From assembly GCA_020061305.1 (NCBI GenBank), contig JAGUYM010000014.1, forward strand, positions 49,372 through 113,371: DNA of 64,000 nt. The letters run 5' to 3'. The notes below the pieces were generated by a model that was not told the origin of the DNA, did no database searches, and saw nothing but the letters and a program-made list of their open reading frames with translations. Source of the DNA: Candidatus Woesebacteria bacterium (GTDB lineage Bacteria > Patescibacteriota > Microgenomatia > UBA8517). Below, one piece after another: positions 57,512 to 64,000 of this stretch. Both the position numbers and the translations under genes were made by a program. The number at the start of each line of letters is the position of its first letter. The first letter of the stretch is position 1.

Positions 57512-59355
57512 TTCAAGTATTTATCCAGTATATCATCAAAACTAAAATCATCTGATTTTGTCTTGGTGTAGCTATTATTAAAATCATCAAATGTTTTTGA
57601 TAAATTTCCGTCTAATAAATTTTCTGGAATTTCTGAAATAAACCGACTAGGAGTATTTGAGGAGGTTTCACCATAAATAAGTCTTCTTGCGGCATAACTT
57701 AAATACAACTTTTCTTTAGCTCTTGTGATTCCTACATACATAAGTCTTCTTTCTTCCTCTAGTTGATCTTTTTCAAAAAGACTCCTACTATGTGGGAATA
57801 TTCCCTCCTCAAGACCCACAATAAAAACTATAGAGAACTCCAAGCCCTTTGCACTATGTAGGGTCATAAGTGTAACAGTATCAGAAGCGGCAGAAATTTT
57901 ATTGGACGATTCAACCAGTGAAACCTGTTCTAAAAATTCCACGAGGTTCGGAAAAGTTAGTGCAACAGATCTTAGCTCCTTTATATTTTCGAGCCTGTTT
58001 ACATCTTCTGGATCTGTTTCCTTAAATTTTAATATATATTCTGTTTTTGAAATGATTAAATCTAGTATTTCTAGAGTTGTCATCATCTCAATATCTATTT
58101 CAAGGTTTTTAAATTTTACATACCTTTTTTTACCCAGTGAGAGCACTCTCTTTTGAGATACAATATCCTTTTTATTAGCAGCAAGTCTTAGGTAGGCTAA
58201 TATGTCTTTTATTTCCTTTCTATCATAGAATTTAGTCCCACCAATCAATATATAAGGTATGCCATTGTGTATTAAACTTTCCTCTAAAACGCGGGATTGT
58301 GCGTTGGTTCGATAAAGTATTGCAATGTCACTGTACTTTAGTCCGTTTGTTTTTAACCTCTTTAGTTCTTCGGTTATAAACACGGCTTCGTCAAAACCGT
58401 TTCTTGCGCTATAGATTGTGATTTTTTCTCCCTTATCTTTGTCTGTTCGTAATTCTAAAACTGGATGTGTGCTGTTATTTTTTATAACATTATTTGCTGC
58501 TTCTAAAATATTTTGTGTGCTTCTGTAATTTTGTTCAAGATTTACAATCTTGATGTTTGAATATTCATTTATTAAGTTATTAATATTTCGATAGTCAGCA
58601 CCTCTCCATGAATAAATTGACTGGGATGCATCTCCAACTGCAGTTATAATCCCCCTGCCTCCATCTAACGACCTTACTAATTCATACTGCACTTTATTTG
58701 TGTCTTGCCATTCATCTATGAAAATTTGCTTTATTTTGTCTTGCCATTTGGAAAGTATTTCATTATTTTCAAAAAGTTCTAACACTTTTATCATCAGATC
58801 GTCAAAATCAAGTGCGTTAATTTCTTTAAGTTTTTTTTGATATTCACCATATACTTTGGAGACCAATTTAGCAAAATCTCCATTTGCAATTTCCTGATAC
58901 AAATTAGGTGTAAGCATTTGGCTTTTGGCTTCACTTATTGCATACAAAATAGAATTTGGTTTAAATGATTCTGAAATATTAAGGTTGTTACAGATATCTC
59001 TTATAAGATCTTTTTGATCGTTGTCATCATAGATTAAAAAATTTTTATCAATTTTAATATGAATTCCATCGATTCTTAAAATTTTGGCACAAAATGAATG
59101 AAAAGTACCTGAAAAAGCTAATGGTTGACAGTCATTGGTTAATAACTCATTAATGCGATTGCCCATTTCTGTAGCGGCTTTATTGGTAAATGTTAAAAGC
59201 AGACAGTTTTCGGGTTTTACAATTTGTTTCTCAATGAGGTGGACAACTCGATGTGTTAACACTTTAGTTTTACCAGAACCGGCTCCTGCTAAAACCAAGA
59301 GTGGTCCACCAGTGTACTCGACGGCCTCTTGCTGTTGGTTGTTTAGTGTTGCCAT
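57508..59355 (-). CDS. ATP-dependent DNA helicase PcrA/UvrD (short form)
   Basis: LLVLAGAGSGKTKVLTHR, DEWQDTN, and YVGITRAKEKL. Confidence 0.85.
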   Translation of the reverse strand: MATLNNQQQEAVEYTGGPLLVLAGAGSGKTKVLTHRVVHLIEKQIVKPENCLLLTFTNKAATEMGNRINELLTNDCQPLAFSGTFHSFCAKILRIDGIHIKIDKNFLIYDDNDQKDLIRDICNNLNISESFKPNSILYAISEAKSQMLTPNLYQEIANGDFAKLVSKVYGEYQKKLKEINALDFDDLMIKVLELFENNEILSKWQDKIKQIFIDEWQDTNKVQYELVRSLDGGRGIITAVGDASQSIYSWRGADYRNINNLINEYSNIKIVNLEQNYRSTQNILEAANNVIKNNSTHPVLELRTDKDKGEKITIYSARNGFDEAVFITEELKRLKTNGLKYSDIAILYRTNAQSRVLEESLIHNGIPYILIGGTKFYDRKEIKDILAYLRLAANKKDIVSQKRVLSLGKKRYVKFKNLEIDIEMMTTLEILDLIISKTEYILKFKETDPEDVNRLENIKELRSVALTFPNLVEFLEQVSLVESSNKISAASDTVTLMTLHSAKGLEFSIVFIVGLEEGIFPHSRSLFEKDQLEEERRLMYVGITRAKEKLYLSYAARRLIYGETSSNTPSRFISEIPENLLDGNLSKTFDDFNNSYTKTKSDDFSFDDILDKYLK

Positions 59356-59373
59356 ATCAAATACAATAGTAGC

Positions 59374-60282
59374 ATGAAGATTTTAAAATTTGTCCTCTGG
59401 TTTTTGATAGTTTTATCTGTTTTGGTGTCCTCCATACTACTTACCACTTATTACTTACTACCCAAAATTGAAACACCTATTTCAATTTTGATTCTTGGTA
59501 AAGGCGGTGAGGGCCACACTGCGCCTAATTTAACCGATACGATTATGCTTACTCATTTAGATGCTGAATCAATGAAAGTAACTAATTTGTCTATTCCCCG
59601 TGATATTTGGATTTCTGAAATAAGAGCCAAATTAAATACCGCTTATCACTATGGGGGTTTTGAAATGGCAAAAAACAGCGTAGCTTCTATTACGGGGATC
59701 GTTCCCGATTATGGTGTTGTTATCGATTTCTCTTTGTTTAAAGACTTAATAGATTCGATGGGGGGTATAAATATAGATGTTGAAAATAGCTTTGTTGATG
59801 AAAAATTCCCCATTAGTGGTAAAGAAAATGACCCCTGCGTTCCGTGTAGATATGAAAAGATTGTATTTGAAAAGGGGTTAACAAAAATGGATGGAGAAAC
59901 AGCACTCAAGTTTGCCAGAAGCAGAAATGCAAAAGGTGATGAGGGTACAGATTTAGCAAGAGAAAAAAGACAGCAAAAAATAGTTGAAGCGATCAAAAAC
60001 CGATTTTTATCAAATGAAGTGTTATTAAACAAAAAAACTCTCAATAATATATATAATGTATTTCTTAAAAACTTAGAAACAGATATCCCAAAAGATAAAA
60101 TTATTCCATTTGCAAGATTTTTATTTGAGTCAAGACAAAATATAAAATTTTTAACGATTCCAGAGGAATATTTGGCAATCTCTCAAAAAGACAAAAGATA
60201 TGATTACCAATATGTGTTTTTGCCGAAGTCAGGCACTTGGGATGATTTACAAAAATGGATCGTTACCAGCCTACAAAATTAA
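59374..60282 (+). CDS. LytR-CpsA-Psr (LCP) family cell-envelope phosphotransferase
   Basis: An N-terminal TM followed by ILGKGGEGHTAPNLTDTIMLTHLD....NLSIPRDIWI. Confidence 0.8.
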   Translation: MKILKFVLWFLIVLSVLVSSILLTTYYLLPKIETPISILILGKGGEGHTAPNLTDTIMLTHLDAESMKVTNLSIPRDIWISEIRAKLNTAYHYGGFEMAKNSVASITGIVPDYGVVIDFSLFKDLIDSMGGINIDVENSFVDEKFPISGKENDPCVPCRYEKIVFEKGLTKMDGETALKFARSRNAKGDEGTDLAREKRQQKIVEAIKNRFLSNEVLLNKKTLNNIYNVFLKNLETDIPKDKIIPFARFLFESRQNIKFLTIPEEYLAISQKDKRYDYQYVFLPKSGTWDDLQKWIVTSLQN

Positions 60283-61432
60283 GTTTATTTATAAAAATAA
60301 CTCCCCAAGTATTGACTAGAATCGAAACAAAAAGAAGAAACCAGTGAATTTTGCCCAGATTAATTTTTGATAACTTCTTAATAAGAATTAGCATTAAGAA
60401 GGGATAAAAGTCAACAGCAAAACGATATCCAAATTGTGTAAAACCAGTCCCTCCGTGAGAAGCCACTATAAAAAGTGTAATTATGATTGATATCCAAGAA
60501 AGTTTAATAATTTTATCGCATTTGCTTTTAATGAAAGCAAGTAGAAATATTGGGGATGTTAAAAGTATGGACATTCCTCCCAAGGACGGAATTAAATAAG
60601 GAAAATCTTTGCTGATAATAGGTAGTTTTAAAAACATTATTTTTAAATTTTTCTCTAGATATACAGGGTTCCAAAGTCCTTTATCAAACCATGGTGAAGT
60701 ATCAACATCAGGTATTAAACTGTAACCGTTACTTAAAGGATTTCCAAACCGTGCATAGTTATAATAAAAACCAAATCCAGCAAAAATTGAGAATGTTAAA
60801 ATCAGCATTGATAATTTTTTTAATTTTTTAAATTTCTTCCAGTTCATAATTACTATTAATGGAAATGTTAGTGCCATGTGACTTCTAGATAAAAAAGTCA
60901 ATCCCATGAGAATACCCAATAGGACTGGCCTTGATTTATCAATTATTTCCAAAAGAGTCCATGTTAAAAAAAATGCGGACACAAGTTGACCGAGATACCA
61001 TGTAGAACCAATTGAAGATAAGTACCAGACAATTGAACCCAGTCCAATTGCTACACTTGAAAATATTGCAAGTCTAATATCTTTTTTGATTTTTAAAGAA
61101 AGTAAATAAGTTGTGATAACAATACCCATACCAAAAAGATGGCCAAAGATGTGTTGTGGAAATTCTCTACCTAGAAAATACACAAAGGGCATGATAAGAA
61201 TTGCCGGTGCTGGTGGATTCGTTACATAAAATTTATTTTCATCAAGTGGTACTTTTTCAAGCCAGGGATAAGTTCCTTCAATATAAAATTTTCCTTTTAA
61301 AAATGCTTCTGCAAGAAGCATAAAATGGTTGTAGACAGTTTCACCTGGGGATGTTGTTGTATAAACCCCAAAAATAAATATTGATATAATTATTGCTACC
61401 AGCCAAGATTTATTGCCCATATTACTCCCCAA
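60263..61432 (-). CDS. GT-C-fold polytopic membrane glycosyltransferase (COG1807 / PMT-ArnT-like)
   Basis: Eleven or more TMs. It is a paralogue of 61396..62571 and has the same organisation as other GT39-like genes in the window. Confidence 0.5.
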   Translation of the reverse strand: MGSNMGNKSWLVAIIISIFIFGVYTTTSPGETVYNHFMLLAEAFLKGKFYIEGTYPWLEKVPLDENKFYVTNPPAPAILIMPFVYFLGREFPQHIFGHLFGMGIVITTYLLSLKIKKDIRLAIFSSVAIGLGSIVWYLSSIGSTWYLGQLVSAFFLTWTLLEIIDKSRPVLLGILMGLTFLSRSHMALTFPLIVIMNWKKFKKLKKLSMLILTFSIFAGFGFYYNYARFGNPLSNGYSLIPDVDTSPWFDKGLWNPVYLEKNLKIMFLKLPIISKDFPYLIPSLGGMSILLTSPIFLLAFIKSKCDKIIKLSWISIIITLFIVASHGGTGFTQFGYRFAVDFYPFLMLILIKKLSKINLGKIHWFLLFVSILVNTWGVIFINKLNFVGW

Positions 61433-62571
61433 AAATTAACTATTATAGAAATAAAAATTAAAAATAAATTGAGCTTTGTAAGTTTAAAATTTATTGATAG
61501 CACTATCATTAAAAAAACAATGTAATCTAATATAAATCTATATCCAAATTGCACCCACCCTTGCATTACATGGAGTAAGCTTGGGACGGCAACAATAAGC
61601 GCAGTTATTAAATTAATCCTTTCAATTTTTTGCTTATGTTTTTGAAAAAATAATAGTAACAACAACGGAGAAGTAAAAACAATCCCCATACCAAATGGCG
61701 ATGGTTTTAAATGATTAATTATTCCATCCTTTATGTCAATATCAGGTGGCATTATAAAAAGTGTATAGAGGTGTTGTGGAATATTTTTAATATCAAAATA
61801 ACCAAAAACCGTTTTTTGATTATCAATAACCTGCCGAATTGTATATGGATAGGAGGATGTCGCATATTGATTATAGACATTCCTGTATCCATTTTCAAAA
61901 ACATTTCCAAATCTAAGATAATTGTAGCCAAGTGTAATAGGTACAAAAATACTAGCACCCAATATAAATAAATATATTTTTTTGTTTTTAAAGCCAGACG
62001 AAAGTAAATAAAATATACCAGCAAGTAATATCGGAAGGCGTGTAAGTGATGCCAGTGTGAAGAAAATACCTGAAAATAAAGGTTTTTGGTTAAAATGTAA
62101 AATTAATGAAATCAAAAGGTAAAAGATTGATACTACATGGGCAAAATACCAGGTGGTTCCAACAACAGCTGACCAAAAGTGAACCGTTCCCAGTGCAAAG
62201 AATATTGAAAGTATGACCGCTTTCGTTTTGTCAGTAAATTTGATCAGTAGGAAATAAATGAGTGAAATATTTAGTGCACCAATAATTACAGATACCTGTT
62301 GCTGTGTGATGTCTTTAACAGTTAAAATGAAAGGTATCAAAAGAATTGATGCACCTGGGGGAAAGGGAACATAAGTTCTACCATCAAAGATGACTTTGTC
62401 ATGGTAGAATTCAGGGAGATTGGGGATATCTACCCTTCCTGCGATGAGCGATTTTCCAAGATACAGATAGTGGTCATACCAATTGCGAGGATTTGGGTAA
62501 ATATATAAATAAATAATAACTACCCCAGTAAATAAAAGAATTGGAATTGAAAAATGACGAAAAAATTTCAT
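61396..62571 (-). CDS. GT-C-fold polytopic membrane glycosyltransferase (paralogue)
   Basis: 391 aa with more than 10 TMs. The similarity to 60263..61432 extends over its full length. Confidence 0.5.
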   Translation of the reverse strand: MKFFRHFSIPILLFTGVVIIYLYIYPNPRNWYDHYLYLGKSLIAGRVDIPNLPEFYHDKVIFDGRTYVPFPPGASILLIPFILTVKDITQQQVSVIIGALNISLIYFLLIKFTDKTKAVILSIFFALGTVHFWSAVVGTTWYFAHVVSIFYLLISLILHFNQKPLFSGIFFTLASLTRLPILLAGIFYLLSSGFKNKKIYLFILGASIFVPITLGYNYLRFGNVFENGYRNVYNQYATSSYPYTIRQVIDNQKTVFGYFDIKNIPQHLYTLFIMPPDIDIKDGIINHLKPSPFGMGIVFTSPLLLLLFFQKHKQKIERINLITALIVAVPSLLHVMQGWVQFGYRFILDYIVFLMIVLSINFKLTKLNLFLIFISIIVNFWGVIWAINLGW

Positions 62572-64000
62572 AAAACTAATTTTAACATTTTCTTTTTTTT
62601 AATTGTTGCCTTAATTTTTAGATTGTTTTTGGCAAATTTTGGAACCTTACAATTGGATCATGGGACCTTTGTGGCTTGGTCAAATTCATTGGTGAAAAAT
62701 GGATTTAGGAGTTTTTATTCGGGTTGGTCAGATTACTTGCCTGGATATTTATATATATTGTGGGCATTGGGAAAAGTTAATATAACTCCTGAATTTCAGA
62801 CAATTTTATTTAAATTGCCGGCAATATTCGCTGATCTTGCAACAGGGTATTTAATATACAAGATAGTTGGTAAAAAACATGGTCTTTTAGCTTCAATATT
62901 TTATATATTTAATCCTGCAATTTTTGCCAATTCTACTCTTTGGGGTCAAGCTGATAGTCTGACTGCACTTTTCTCTCTTTTGTCTGTTTATCTAATGCCT
63001 AGTGCCTACTCTGCTATTGCCTTGGCTATTGGTACTCTTATAAAACCACAAGCTGCTTTTGTTCTCCCCGCAATACTTTACTTGATGTTTGTTCATAAAA
63101 TTGGGTTTAAGAAATTTTTAGCATTTGGATTTTTGGCGTTTACGACTTTCGTTGCAGGCTTTATTCCTTTTGACAATACAGATAACTTATTTAATTTTAT
63201 TTTTACTCGACTTTCAATTTCGGCTAATCAATATCCATATGGATCAGTTAATGCATTTTCATTTTGGGGGCTTTTTGGTTTTTGGAAAAGCGACCTGAAT
63301 TTCTGGTGGATAGGTCTTGGTGTGTCAATTATTCTAATTACCCTAATTACACTAATTATCCTAAAAAAGAAAATTCAAAATGGCGGATATCTAATTTCTA
63401 GTGTCTCCCTTCTAATTACTTTTCTCTTTATGACTAGAATGCATGAAAGACATTCGCTTCCAGTTTTAGCTCCACTTTTGGTGTCAGCCTTTACTAATCA
63501 CCTTCTTTTTATTCCATATTTACTTTTATCTTTAACTTATGTTGCTAATCTAACTTACGCTTATCAATGGATAACATATAATTACAAGGAAATATTTAAC
63601 CCAGTTTTAATTAAGGGTTTTATTTTATTAAATATTACATCCTTAGTAATTTATCTAGTTTCTTTTTTTAAAAAAATAATTCTTAATTTTAAGCCCAAAT
63701 TCCAAAAAATAAGTCAAAACATGAATTTTTCAACAAAAGATATATCTATAAAAAAAGCCAATGTCTTCTTGGTCTTGATTTTAGCCTTTAGTTTTACAGT
63801 AAGGGTACTGAATCTTTCAAAACCTGATGTTATGTATTTTGATGAGATATATCACGCTTTTACAGCCAGACTGGTTTTACATAATGACCCCAAAGCTTGG
63901 GAATGGTGGAACCCACATCCTGAGGGTTTTGCTTATGAATGGACTCACCCCCCCCTTTCAAAACTTGGAATGGCTTTGGGAATGAGGATATTTGGTGATA
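62554..64000 (+). CDS. large GT-C membrane glycosyltransferase, 3'-truncated by the window; a second GT39-type N-terminal block begins at about 63721
   Basis: Manual translation from ATG 62554 (MTKKFHKTNFNIFFF...) is continuous to the window end, with no stop verified codon by codon. From 63721 it reads MNFSTKD...VMYFDEIYHAFTARLVLHNDPKAWEWWNPHPEGFAYEWTHPPLSKLGMALG, the canonical GT39/PMT N-terminal DE/EWTHPPL block. Confidence 0.55.
   Translation, partial: MTKKFHKTNFNIFFFLIVALIFRLFLANFGTLQLDHGTFVAWSNSLVKNGFRSFYSGWSDYLPGYLYILWALGKVNITPEFQTILFKLPAIFADLATGYLIYKIVGKKHGLLASIFYIFNPAIFANSTLWGQADSLTALFSLLSVYLMPSAYSAIALAIGTLIKPQAAFVLPAILYLMFVHKIGFKKFLAFGFLAFTTFVAGFIPFDNTDNLFNFIFTRLSISANQYPYGSVNAFSFWGLFGFWKSDLNFWWIGLGVSIILITLITLIILKKKIQNGGYLISSVSLLITFLFMTRMHERHSLPVLAPLLVSAFTNHLLFIPYLLLSLTYVANLTYAYQWITYNYKEIFNPVLIKGFILLNITSLVIYLVSFFKKIILNFKPKFQKISQNMNFSTKDISIKKANVFLVLILAFSFTVRVLNLSKPDVMYFDEIYHAFTARLVLHNDPKAWEWWNPHPEGFAYEWTHPPLSKLGMALGMRIFGD

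Overview
This is an AT-rich window (roughly one-third GC), densely coded, using standard code 11 (TGA, TAA and TAG all terminate). It spans the chromosomal replication-origin neighbourhood of a small-genome bacterium. Its gene content (short aaRSs, many GT-C glycosyltransferases, LCP/FemAB-like/VanW genes, weak SD usage) is consistent with a CPR/Patescibacteria-like organism, though that is an inference. The backbone includes comM (partial), dnaA-dnaN with a DnaA-box cluster between them, divergent rpmH-rnpA-yidD-yidC-jag, rnhA, rplY, valS, tsaD, a tsaC-tsaE fusion, dedA, VanW, a sugar-binding protein, groES-groEL, an HhH-GPD glycosylase, two M23 peptidases, tRNA-Cys(GCA), hsp20 with a CIRCE operator, metG, rmuC, two UvrD/PcrA-type helicases (one fused to a Cas4-like Fe-S nuclease), two FemAB-like genes, an LCP gene, and two cell-envelope glycosylation islands (UbiA/GT4/GT39/GT2 and three or four GT-C membrane transferases). 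The accessory content is a VirB4-centred T4SS-like locus (1.4-14.2 kb) inserted between comM and dnaN next to oriC. It contains a signal-peptide polytopic membrane protein, a PrgI/VirB3-like 2-TM protein, a VirB4 split into two overlapping ORFs, a 910-aa coiled-coil/glycine-zipper/M23 hydrolase, HigBA and (further out) VapBC toxin-antitoxin pairs, two decayed Avd-like four-helix-bundle genes and a decayed nucleotidyltransferase. The most unusual signal is a dispersed family of heptanucleotide tandem repeats. NAGTCAA, NAGTTCA, NAGTCCA and AATTCTA variants sit in-frame, always in sense orientation, in at least 12 unrelated ORFs. Identical repeat strings therefore recur in different proteins: KSKVKS in ValRS, TsaD and a Fem-like protein; QSTVNSQ in DnaA, the PrgI-like protein and a helicase; HSSQFTVHS in ComM and a helicase. 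AGTACAA/GTACT variants form iteron-like arrays in promoter regions of the accessory locus and on both sides of dnaA, with the 5' end of the longest dnaA ORF overlapping one array.
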